From: Thermoanaerobaculia bacterium
GTDB lineage: Bacteria > Acidobacteriota > Thermoanaerobaculia > Multivoradales > JAGPDF01
Direction of reading: 5' to 3'
DNA length: 64,000 nt
Assembly: GCA_963788175.1 (NCBI GenBank)
Contig: CAWBFZ010000008.1
Span: 64,962 to 128,961, forward strand
A program made the translations under genes and the position numbers. Position 1 is the first letter of the stretch; the number at the start of each line of letters is the position of its first letter. Below are positions 47,405 to 56,994 of the stretch, piece after piece. The notes beneath the pieces are model-generated. The model made no database searches, had not been told where the DNA came from, and saw only the letters and a list, made by a program, of their open reading frames with translations.

Positions 47405-48147
47405 CCTGCAGCGGCCTCCGGCGGGGCGTCGAGCGCCTCGACTTCGACCACGACATCGTCCGGATTCAGCCGGCGCTGGCGGCTGTCGCCGGCGATACGG
47501 CCGTCGACCAGATGGATCAGCCGGTCGGTCATATGGGCGATGTCGCGCTCGTGGGTGATGATGACCACCGAGACGCCGTCGTCCTGCACCGCCTGCAGCA
47601 CTTTCATCACGTCGCGCGAGGTCGCCGAGTCGAGGGCTCCGGTCGGCTCGTCGGCGAGCAGGAGCTTGGGGCTTGCGACCAGCGCCCGGGCGATGGCGAC
47701 ACGCTGCTGCTGGCCGCCGGAGAGCTCCGAAGGCAGGTGCTCGGCGCGATCGGAGAGACCGACCTTGTCGAGAAAGGCCGCGGCGCGCTCGTTGCGTTCC
47801 TTGCGCGGCACGCCCTGGTAGTAGAGCGGCAGGGCGACGTTCTCCGCCGCGGTCTTGAACGGGATCAGGTGGAACGACTGGAAGACGAAGCCGATGTACT
47901 GGCTGCGGTACTGCGCCGCCCGGGTCTCGGAGAGATCGCGCATGGCGACGCCGTCGAGGGTGTACTCGCCCTCGTCGAAGCGGTCGAGCAGGCCCAGGAT
48001 ATTCATCAGGGTCGACTTGCCGGAGCCGGAGGCGCCCATCACCGCGACCAGCTCGCGCGCACCGATATCCAGGTCGATGCCCTTGAGGACGTGCAGCCGA
48101 TTGCGGCCCACGGTGTAGCTCTTGTGCAGATTTCGCAGACGTATCAT
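47401..48147 (-). CDS. ABC transporter ATP-binding protein (MacB/LolD-like)
   Basis: Walker A GASGSGKST, signature LSGGQQQRVAIARAL, Walker B LLLADEPTGALD. Confidence 0.9.
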   Translation of the reverse strand: MIRLRNLHKSYTVGRNRLHVLKGIDLDIGARELVAVMGASGSGKSTLMNILGLLDRFDEGEYTLDGVAMRDLSETRAAQYRSQYIGFVFQSFHLIPFKTAAENVALPLYYQGVPRKERNERAAAFLDKVGLSDRAEHLPSELSGGQQQRVAIARALVASPKLLLADEPTGALDSATSRDVMKVLQAVQDDGVSVVIITHERDIAHMTDRLIHLVDGRIAGDSRQRRLNPDDVVVEVEALDAPPEAAAG

Positions 48148-48255
48148 GTGGGCTCGGGAAAGCTCCTGCCTCTTTTACGGCGGAAAGGGGGGAAAGTTTG
48201 CCCCCGGCCCGGGGAACTTCGGCCGGCCGGCACTGCGATGGTAAGGTCCCGGCCC

Positions 48256-49224
48256 ATGAAACGGACCGCCCTCTCCACCCATATTCTATCCAGAATTCAC
48301 CTCCGCGCCCGCGTGCCTTCCCGTCTCGCGGTGCTCGCCCTGGCCTTTCTGGGCGCCGCGACGACGCTCCAGGGCCAGTCCGCCGCAGCTCCCGCGCCGG
48401 CGGCGCCAAAGGGGCCCGCCGCCGCGCCGGCGAAGCCCCTGACGCCACCGCCCGCGGCTCCCAGCGCGGCGGAGCTCGTGGCTCCTCCGGCCAGTGCGAC
48501 GCGACTGCCCTCGGGGCTCTCGACGCTCCAGCTCCGGACCGGCACCGGCAAGGTCTCGCCGCGCCCCCAGGACTGGATCGCCTTCTTCGCCATCGGCCGG
48601 CGGACGGACGGCACCGTCGTCCAGAACACCTTTGCCGCGCCGGAACCGATCCGTATGCAGGTGAGCCGGCTCATTCCGGCCTGGCAGTCGGCCTTCGCGG
48701 CGATGGTCGCCGGCGAGCAGCGCCGCTTCTGGTTCCCGGCCGAGCTGGCGCCCAAGAACCCGAAGACCGGCGTGCAGGAGGCGATCGTGTTCGACCTCGA
48801 GCTGGTCAGGATCCTGAAGATGGCCGACCCGCCGGCCTCCCTGAAGGCCCCCGATCCCCGGGCAGCGAAGTCCGGGCTGGGCAGTTGGACGCTGACCGTG
48901 AAGCCGGGGAAGGCCGGGGCGAAGGCGACCCGCCAGGATGCGGCCCTGCTCAATTTCACGGTCTGGAACGACCTCGGACACGCGCTCTCGACCTCGGCCC
49001 TCGAGGGGCGTCCGACCCTCTTCCCGCTCGATCGCGTCATGACCTCGTTCGCCGACTGTGTCGAAGGGATGGCGATCGGCGAGGTGCGGCATTGCTGGAT
49101 CTCCGCCGCGCGCAACGAAGGCTTTCCCGGTGCCCCCACCGGCGCGCTGATCTTCGAGCTCGAGCTGCTGAACCTCGCCGACGCGGCGAAGATCTTCACG
49201 CCCGGCGCCGCCAACCCGAACTGA
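48256..49224 (+). CDS. Secreted protein with two FKBP-like peptidyl-prolyl isomerase domains
   Basis: From the ATG at 48256. A signal-like N-terminus is followed by an Ala/Pro-rich linker. The FKBP-like segments are ...LIPAWQSAFAAMVAGEQRRFWFPAELA...IVFDLELVRI and ...CVEGMAIGEVRHCWISA...LIFELELLNL. Confidence 0.55.
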   Translation: MKRTALSTHILSRIHLRARVPSRLAVLALAFLGAATTLQGQSAAAPAPAAPKGPAAAPAKPLTPPPAAPSAAELVAPPASATRLPSGLSTLQLRTGTGKVSPRPQDWIAFFAIGRRTDGTVVQNTFAAPEPIRMQVSRLIPAWQSAFAAMVAGEQRRFWFPAELAPKNPKTGVQEAIVFDLELVRILKMADPPASLKAPDPRAAKSGLGSWTLTVKPGKAGAKATRQDAALLNFTVWNDLGHALSTSALEGRPTLFPLDRVMTSFADCVEGMAIGEVRHCWISAARNEGFPGAPTGALIFELELLNLADAAKIFTPGAANPN

Positions 49225-49276
49225 CCCGCTCCGCCCCCCCGGCGGCGCGGCGGCCGCCTGACGCGGCACACACGAA

Positions 49277-49306
49277 AAGGGCCCGGCCACAACTCGCCGG
49301 GCCCTT
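49277..49306. terminator. Hairpin (11-bp stem, 8-nt loop) between convergent genes
   Basis: aagggcccggc-cacaactc-gccgggccctt, lying between the stops at 49224 (+) and 49334 (-). Confidence 0.6.
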
Positions 49307-49333
49307 CGCGTTTCAGCTCTCGAAACCGTCTCC

Positions 49334-50796
<1,463 letters not shown>

Positions 50797-50800
<4 letters not shown>

Positions 50801-51798
50801 GATGCGCTTCCTTTCTTCCTGCGTTGGGGTGGAATGTCTGGACTGACCCGGGTGCCGCTAGCGAGCAGCAGCGCCGGGCCCCGCGCCTCCGGTTCCGGAG
50901 GCAGGGGAGAGCAGTGAACCGCGTCGAAGCCCGACGCGGCGAGGAGGAGGGTGAGATCTTCGGCAGCGAAGCCGGAGCGTTTCTGGCCCATCTGGCGGCG
51001 GAACTCCTCGCGGTCGTGGCGCAGCAGGTCGACGACCACCGCTCGCCCCCCCGGCCTGACGATGCGCGCCATCTCGGCTACCGCGAGCGCCGGCTCGTCG
51101 ACCTGGGTCAGGGCGAGGAGCATGAGCGCGGCGTCACAGGCGCCGTCGGCGATCGGCAGGCGCTCGAGGTCGCCCTCCTCGAAGAGGATGTTGTCCGCAC
51201 CTCGCGCGCGCCGCCGCGCCGCCTGCAGCATCTCGGGCGAGCGGTCGACGCCCACGACACGCGCCACCCAGGGCGCGAGCGCGAGTGCCGCCGCACCGGA
51301 GCCGCAGGCGAGATCGGCGACCACCCAGTCGGGCGCGAGCAGCGCATGGAAGGCGAGGCCGGTGAAACGCTCGCCATAGAGCTCGGTGCGCAGGCGCTCC
51401 CATTCGCCGGCGACGCCGGCGAAGAAGTCACGCCCTTCGCCGGCGCGGCTCGCCAGACAGCGCGCCAGACGCAGGCGGTCGTGCGCCAGCGCCGGCCAGT
51501 CGCGGGTTTCGCCGGCGGCGAGCTGCCAGAGCTGCCGCGAGCTCTCGGGCAGCTCGCCGCTGGCCATGCGGTAGTAGTTCGCCGTCCCGGCGCCGCGGGC
51601 GACGACCCAGCCCTCGCCGGCCAGCAGTTTCAAGTGCCGGCTGACACTCGACTGCGGCATCTGCAGCACATCGGCGAGCTCGGAGACCGCGAGCTCCTGC
51701 TGCTCCAGCAGATGGAGCATGCGCAGCCGCGCCGGGTCGGCGAGCGAGGAGATCCTCGCCAGCAGGAGGTCGGGGGAGTGCGCGGCTCGGCTCTTCAT
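50797..51798 (-). CDS. sahR: ArsR-type HTH fused to a SAM-methyltransferase-like domain (SahR-like regulator of the SAM cycle)
   Basis: From the ATG at 51798. The wHTH segment is [41 protein letters not shown]. The methyltransferase fold segment is [16 protein letters not shown]. The stop overlaps the ahcY start (ATGA). Confidence 0.7.
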
Positions 51799-51803
51799 CG
51801 AGG

Positions 51804-51827
51804 TTGCATTCTTAAATCCGGATGCAA
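51804..51827. promoter_or_regulatory. Candidate operator: inverted repeat TTGCAT-N12-ATGCAA in an AT-rich patch between divergent sahR and SDR genes
   Basis: aggTTGCATtcttaaatccggATGCAAggatatat begins 6 nt upstream of the sahR start codon. Confidence 0.35.
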
Positions 51828-51871
51828 GGATATATCCCAGCGAAGGCCTCGTCAAGTGCTAGGTTCCGACG

Positions 51872-52684
51872 ATGACGTTCCCAGACCATCAGACCGTGCT
51901 GCTCACCGGCGCTTCCGTCGGCATCGGACGCGAGATGGCCCTCCAGCTCGCCCACTGGCGGGGCGGGGGTGCCCGGATCGCTCTCGCCGCGCGCGACGCC
52001 GCGAAGCTCGAAGAGGTCGCGGCGCTCTGCCGGGCGGCGGGCGCCGAGGCCGTCGCTCTGCCCACCGACGTCGGAATCGAGTCCGACTGCGAGCGGGCGG
52101 TCGCGCACACGGTGGCGACCTTCGGCGGCCTCGACACCCTGTTGCTCAACGCCGGCCAGGACATGGGAGTCCGCCTCGACGAGCTCCAGGACGCGAGCGT
52201 CCTCGAGCGCATCATGCGGGTCAACTACCTCGGTCCGGCCTGGTTGACGCGCTTCGCCCTGCCCCACCTCAAGGCGAGCCGCGGCCGGATCGTCGTGGTT
52301 TCGAGCCTCGCCGGCCTGACCGGCGTTCCCACTCGCACAGGTTATGCCGCCTCGAAGCACGCCCTGCACGGCTTCTTCGACTCTTTGCGCATCGAGCTCG
52401 CCGGTACCGGCGTCTCGGTGACCCTTGCCTGTCCCGACTTCGTGAAGTCGGAGATCCACCGGCGGGCGCTCGGTGCGGACGGACAGGCGGTCGGCCAGAG
52501 CCCGCTGCGCGAGGAGCGCATCATGACGGCGGCAGACTGCGCCGCGCTGATTCTCGGCGCGGGGGCCGCGCGCCGGCGAATGGTGCTGCTCTCGCTGCGC
52601 GGGCGTCTCGGGCGCTATGTCCAGGTCGTCGCACCTGGACTCATCGATCGCATTGCCGCGCGCGCGGTGGCGCGCGGGCACTGA
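51872..52684 (+). CDS. Short-chain dehydrogenase/reductase
   Basis: TGASVGIGRE (TGxxxGxG), NAG, and YAASKHAL (YxxxK). Confidence 0.85.
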   Translation: MTFPDHQTVLLTGASVGIGREMALQLAHWRGGGARIALAARDAAKLEEVAALCRAAGAEAVALPTDVGIESDCERAVAHTVATFGGLDTLLLNAGQDMGVRLDELQDASVLERIMRVNYLGPAWLTRFALPHLKASRGRIVVVSSLAGLTGVPTRTGYAASKHALHGFFDSLRIELAGTGVSVTLACPDFVKSEIHRRALGADGQAVGQSPLREERIMTAADCAALILGAGAARRRMVLLSLRGRLGRYVQVVAPGLIDRIAARAVARGH

Positions 52685-52699
52685 CGCCGCCGCGGTCCC

Positions 52700-53401
52700 T
52701 CAGACCAGGAGATCGTCCAGGCGAGCTCCGGTCGCGCGCTCTTCCGCGACGAGGCCGTGCCGGAAGATGCACGCTCCCCGCTCGCCTCCCAGCCAGCCGC
52801 GCGCACCTTCGACGCGGATCCAGGCGCGCTCGCGCAGGCCGACGACGGTGGCGCCGTTCTCCTCGTGGAACTCGGCGATACGCTCCGCCCGCGTCTCGCC
52901 CATGTGGGTCGAGCCGGGATCGGCGTCGAGATAGTGCGGATTGATCTGGAACGGCACGAGCCCCAGGGCGTCGAAGCCGCGCGGCTCGACGATCGGCATG
53001 TCGTTGGTGGTGCGGATCGTCGGGCCGGCGAGGTTGATGCCGGCCGAGGCACCGAGGTAAGGCATCCCGGCGAGCGCCCGCTCGGCGAGCGGGGAGAGGA
53101 GCTCCGCCTCCTGCAGCGTCTTCAGCAGACGGAAAGTGTTGCCGCCGCCGACGAAGACGGCCTCGGCGGTTTCGATCTGCCGCCGGCCGGTGGCATCGGC
53201 CGCGAGCTCGTCCACGCTGCGGCCGAGCTCTTCGAGGCGGCTCCTGAACTTCGCGGTGTAGGCGCCGCGGTCGTGCAGCGCGAACGGCACGAAGAGGACT
53301 CGTGAACAGCCCGCGAGCAGGTCGAGGAGCTCGCCCTCCGCATGCGCGAGATAGCGCTCGCCGTGATTGGTCGAATTGGACAGCAGCAGGAGTCTCCGCA
53401 T
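52700..53401 (-). CDS. pepE: Dipeptidase E (peptidase S51)
   Basis: MRRLLLLSNSTNHG...VFVGGGNTFRLL...GASAGINLAGPTIRTTNDMPIV...FQINPHY. Confidence 0.85.
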   Translation of the reverse strand: MRRLLLLSNSTNHGERYLAHAEGELLDLLAGCSRVLFVPFALHDRGAYTAKFRSRLEELGRSVDELAADATGRRQIETAEAVFVGGGNTFRLLKTLQEAELLSPLAERALAGMPYLGASAGINLAGPTIRTTNDMPIVEPRGFDALGLVPFQINPHYLDADPGSTHMGETRAERIAEFHEENGATVVGLRERAWIRVEGARGWLGGERGACIFRHGLVAEERATGARLDDLLV

Positions 53402-53423
53402 GGCAGCCGTTCCTCTCTGGCGA

Positions 53424-53480
53424 TTCAGCGTCTGGCGATCGCTTCAGCGTCTGGCAATGGCTTCAGCGTCTGGCAATGGC
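53424..53480. repeat. 19-bp tandem triplication containing the aminotransferase stop codon
   Basis: ttcagcgtctggcgatcgc / ttcagcgtctggcaatggc / ttcagcgtctggcaatggc. On the minus strand each unit reads ...AIARR-stop. Confidence 0.9.
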
Positions 53481-54641
53481 TTCGCCAAGGCGATCGACGT
53501 CGGCGAGGTCGTTGTAGATCTGGATCGCCACCCGGGCGGCGAGGCGGTCGCCGCGCGCCGCGATGTGGAGCTCGATGCGATCCTCGAACAGCAGCAGGTC
53601 GCGCAGCCGCGCGGCCTCGGCGGCCGTGCCGCCGAAGCGCGCCGGGAGCGGCACCGAAACCATCGCGGCGACCATCGACCGCGGCGTTCGGAACTCGGTC
53701 CCCCAGCGCTTCGCCAGGCGCTCGCCGGCCTGGAAGGCGAGGTCGTGGTTGTAGGTCCGCACCTCGTCCGCCCCGAATTCGGCCAGGAGCTCGAGCGCCG
53801 CCGGCGCCGCGAGCCACGGCGAGGGGTCGCGGGTGCCGACGAGATCGAACTCGGTGGTGAAGCCCTGGTCGAGCCCCCAGGAGATGACCGGGGGATGGAG
53901 CGCCGCCTGGAGCTCCGGGCGCACCCAGAGGATGGCCGTACTGCGCGGCGCCCAGGCCCACTTGTGGAGGTTGCCGACGTACCAGTCGGCACCGATCGCC
54001 GGCAGGTCGAGGGCGATCGCGCCGGGGGCGTGAGCACCGTCGACGAAGATCGGAATGTCGCGCGCGCGGCAGCGAGTTGCCACTTCGGCGACCGGAAGCA
54101 GGAGCGCGCTGTCGGAGGCGATGTGGTCGACGATCGCCAGGCGCGTCCGCGGCCCAAGCGCGCCGTCGATGGCCGCGATCACCTCTTCCGGCCGCTCCGT
54201 CGCGGGTGAAATCGCCACTTCCCGGACGAGGGCACCGTGCTGGCGGGCGACGTAGCGCGCCGCATTGGTGATGGCGCCATAACCCAGCGAGGTCACCAGG
54301 ATCTCGTCCCCGGGCACGAGCGGCAGAGAGCGCAGGACGGCGTTGGCGCCGGTGGTCGCATTGTCGACGAACACCAGGTCCTCGCCGCGGGCGCCGAAGA
54401 AGGCCGCCACCTCGGCCGCCGCGGTGCGCAGCCGCGGCGGCTCGGCGCGCGGCGCGCCGACGCGGATCTCGGAGAGCTCGCGCAGCAGGTAGCGCGACGG
54501 CTGGAGCTCGATCTCGTCGCGGATCGCCTGCTGCACCGCCAGCACCCGTCGCGGCGGCGCCCCGACCGTGCCGTGGTTGAGATAGGTGATCGCAGGGTCG
54601 AGCGCGAAGTGCTGCAGCATCGAGCGGCCGAACCGGGTCAT
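53463..54641 (-). CDS. Class V aminotransferase (isopenicillin-N-epimerase / cysteine-desulfurase-like PLP enzyme)
   Basis: From MTRFGRSMLQHFALDPAITYLNHGTVGAPP... to ...FVDGAHAPGAI...GNLHKWAWAP (PLP-lysine context). Confidence 0.8.
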   Translation of the reverse strand: MTRFGRSMLQHFALDPAITYLNHGTVGAPPRRVLAVQQAIRDEIELQPSRYLLRELSEIRVGAPRAEPPRLRTAAAEVAAFFGARGEDLVFVDNATTGANAVLRSLPLVPGDEILVTSLGYGAITNAARYVARQHGALVREVAISPATERPEEVIAAIDGALGPRTRLAIVDHIASDSALLLPVAEVATRCRARDIPIFVDGAHAPGAIALDLPAIGADWYVGNLHKWAWAPRSTAILWVRPELQAALHPPVISWGLDQGFTTEFDLVGTRDPSPWLAAPAALELLAEFGADEVRTYNHDLAFQAGERLAKRWGTEFRTPRSMVAAMVSVPLPARFGGTAAEAARLRDLLLFEDRIELHIAARGDRLAARVAIQIYNDLADVDRLGEAIARR

Positions 54642-55240
54642 CACGCCAACCGCGCCATCCGCCCGTCGAGATCGAGCTCCGCCGCCGCGCCCTGCATCGC
54701 AACGAGGACGTTGCCGACGTGCTGCCAGAGGTCGAGGCCGCCGGCGAAACAGGCGGCGCTGAAGTCGGCCGTGGCGCTCTCGACGTGCGGGCGATCGACT
54801 CCCGCCGCGAACGACTTCTCCTTCCAGCGCTTCTGGATCGACTTGAGCTCGACGTCGCGGACGTCCTTCGACGGGCGCACCAGCGCCGCCGCGATCACCA
54901 GTCCGGTGACCTCGTCGCACGCCAGGAGGCCGAAGTCGATCGCCGCCCGGCGCGAAACGCCGGTGCCCTCTTCGTTGTGCGCCAGGATCGCCTGCACGAC
55001 GGCTTCAGGCGCCCCGGCCGCCGCGAGCAGGGGGATGCCCGCTTTCGGATGGGCGTCGAGAGTGGGGTGAATCTCCCAGTCGTAATCGTGCAGGAGCCCC
55101 GCGAGCCCCCACAGGTCCTGGTCCTCCCCGAGCTTTCCGGCGTACGAGCGCATCGCCGCCTCGACGGCGAGCATGTGCCGCCGCAGCCCCGCCGCGGCGA
55201 CATGTTCGGTCACGATCCCCCAGGCAGTCGCACGATCCAT
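54641..55240 (-). CDS. HD-domain (HDIG-like) metal-dependent phosphohydrolase
   Basis: From MDRATAWGIVTEHV...RRHMLAVEAAMRSYA...GLLHDYDWE. Its stop shares one nucleotide with the downstream start. Confidence 0.6.
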   Translation of the reverse strand: MDRATAWGIVTEHVAAAGLRRHMLAVEAAMRSYAGKLGEDQDLWGLAGLLHDYDWEIHPTLDAHPKAGIPLLAAAGAPEAVVQAILAHNEEGTGVSRRAAIDFGLLACDEVTGLVIAAALVRPSKDVRDVELKSIQKRWKEKSFAAGVDRPHVESATADFSAACFAGGLDLWQHVGNVLVAMQGAAAELDLDGRMARLA

Positions 55241-55345
55241 CCCGGCCCTTCCTTTCCGCGAGCCCACCGACCCGCCCCCCCGCCCCCCCGGCGGATGCCG
55301 GCAGACCCGATCGTACCCGAGGTCCATGGTAACTTCGCCCCCGGC

Positions 55346-56161
55346 ATGTATCTGGAGCACTATGGGTTTCGGGAAGCGCCCTTCAACATCACTCCCGATC
55401 CGCGTTTTCTCTACTTCTCCGCCCGGCATCGCGAGGCTCTGGAGCACCTGCTCTACGGCATCCGCGAACGCAAGGGGTTCGTCCAGATCACCGGCGAGGT
55501 CGGCGCCGGCAAGACCACCCTGTGCCGGGCCGCGCTCGAGCGCCTGGGCCCCACCTTCCGCACCGCGCTGATCCTGAATCCGGTGATGTCGTCGACCCAG
55601 CTCCTGCGCACGATTCTCGTCGAGCTCGGGCTCAAGGTGCCGGGCCGGACCGATCGGGTCGCCTACCTCGAGATGCTCAACGAGTTTCTGCTCGCCCAGG
55701 TGCCCCTCGGTCAGGACGTCGTGCTGATCATCGACGAGGCGCAGGACCTCTCGCCGGAGCTCCTCGAGCAGGTGCGCCTGCTCTCCAATCTCGAGACCGA
55801 CCGGCAGAAGCTGCTGCAGATCGTGCTCATCGGGCAGCCCGAGCTCAAGAGCATGCTCGACGACAATCGGCTGCGCCAGCTGCGGCAGCGGATCACGGTG
55901 CGCTACCACCTCGACTCCCTGTCGCGCGAGGAGACCGAGCTCTACGTCTACTACCGGCTGCAGGTCGCCGGCGGCAACGGCCGGCCGACCTTCAGCCGCT
56001 GGGCAATGTCGCGGATCCACCGCTACTCGAGGGGGGTGCCGCGGCTGATCAACGCCGTCTGCGACACCTCGCTGCTCGCCGGCTATGTCGCGGGCGTCGA
56101 TCACCTCTCCTCGAGGCTCATCGGCCGCGCCATCCGCGAGCTCGAGGGGAAGCCCTCGTGA
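55346..56161 (+). CDS. ExeA/GspA-family AAA ATPase
   Basis: MYLEHYGFREAPFNITPDPRFLYFSARHREAL...ITGEVGAGKTTL (Walker A)...VLIIDEAQDL (Walker B). Confidence 0.75.
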   Translation: MYLEHYGFREAPFNITPDPRFLYFSARHREALEHLLYGIRERKGFVQITGEVGAGKTTLCRAALERLGPTFRTALILNPVMSSTQLLRTILVELGLKVPGRTDRVAYLEMLNEFLLAQVPLGQDVVLIIDEAQDLSPELLEQVRLLSNLETDRQKLLQIVLIGQPELKSMLDDNRLRQLRQRITVRYHLDSLSREETELYVYYRLQVAGGNGRPTFSRWAMSRIHRYSRGVPRLINAVCDTSLLAGYVAGVDHLSSRLIGRAIRELEGKPS

Positions 56162-56935
56162 GCCTGGTCAGCGAGGCGCTCAAGAAGGCCGAGCGCGAGG
56201 CCGCGGCGCGCGAGACGCGCGCCGATGGGCAGCCAGCACCGTTCGAGGCCCCCCTGCAGCCCTACCGCTCCCGCCGCGGCGGCGGCCGCAACCGACTGGC
56301 TCGTGCCGGCCCTCGCGCTCTTCGGCGGCGCTGCCGCGCTCACCATCGCGCTGCTGCTGCTCCGGCCGGCAGGTAAAGAAGAAGCTCCAGTAAAGGAAAA
56401 AACAGCGGCAGCGCCCGAGGCTCGCGCGCTACCCTCGTCCCCTCCGACCGCAGCTCCGGGACGAAGCGCGGGATCGAATCCGTTCGCCAGGCCGCAGGCC
56501 GCACCGCGCCCCGACGCGCCGCTGGCGCCGACCCCCGCGTCAGCCGCACCAGCGACGATGCCGAGCGCCAGCGAGCCGCTAGCGCCCCCCCTTGCGACAC
56601 TCCCTTTACCGAAAACCACGCCGAAATCGCCACCACCGTCGCCGAGCGTCAGCGAGTCGGCAGTGTCGAAGCCGGCGGGCCTGCCGCGGGCGCCGGCAAA
56701 GGTGGTCTCCAGCGGCTCCGGCGACTACCTGCGGAGCGTCGAGTTCGCCGACGGCACGGCGCTCGAGCTGGGGGGCATCGTGTACTCCGAGGCATCGCCC
56801 TTCGCCTATCTGAACGGCCGGTTGGTCGGCGTCGGGGAGTTCGTCCTCGGCCGGCGCATCGACCGCATCGACCGGGACAAGGTGATCCTCTCCGGAGATT
56901 CCGGCGAGATCATCCTCCGCCTCAAGGCGCCCTGA
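56158..56935 (+). pseudogene. GspB/ExeB-like membrane protein with one frame disruption
   Basis: The GTG at 56158 overlaps the exeA-like stop. (M)SLVSEALKKAEREAA... switches near 56270-56295 into the frame of ORF 56225..56935. That frame carries TM LVPALALFGGAAALTIALLLL, a Pro/Ala-rich linker, and the C-terminal segment LELGGIVYSEASPFAYLNGRLVGVGEFVLGRRIDRIDRDKVIL. Confidence 0.55.
56362..56402 (-). repeat. Polypyrimidine element, copy (b), antisense inside the gspB-like gene
   Basis: Minus strand: TTTTTTCCTTTACTGGAGCTTCTTCTTTACCTGCCGGCCGG. Confidence 0.7.
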
Positions 56936-56994
56936 ACCGGGGGGGCGGGCCCTGTTCATAGGCGGTTCATTGCCCGCGGCCATAGTCTGAGTTG

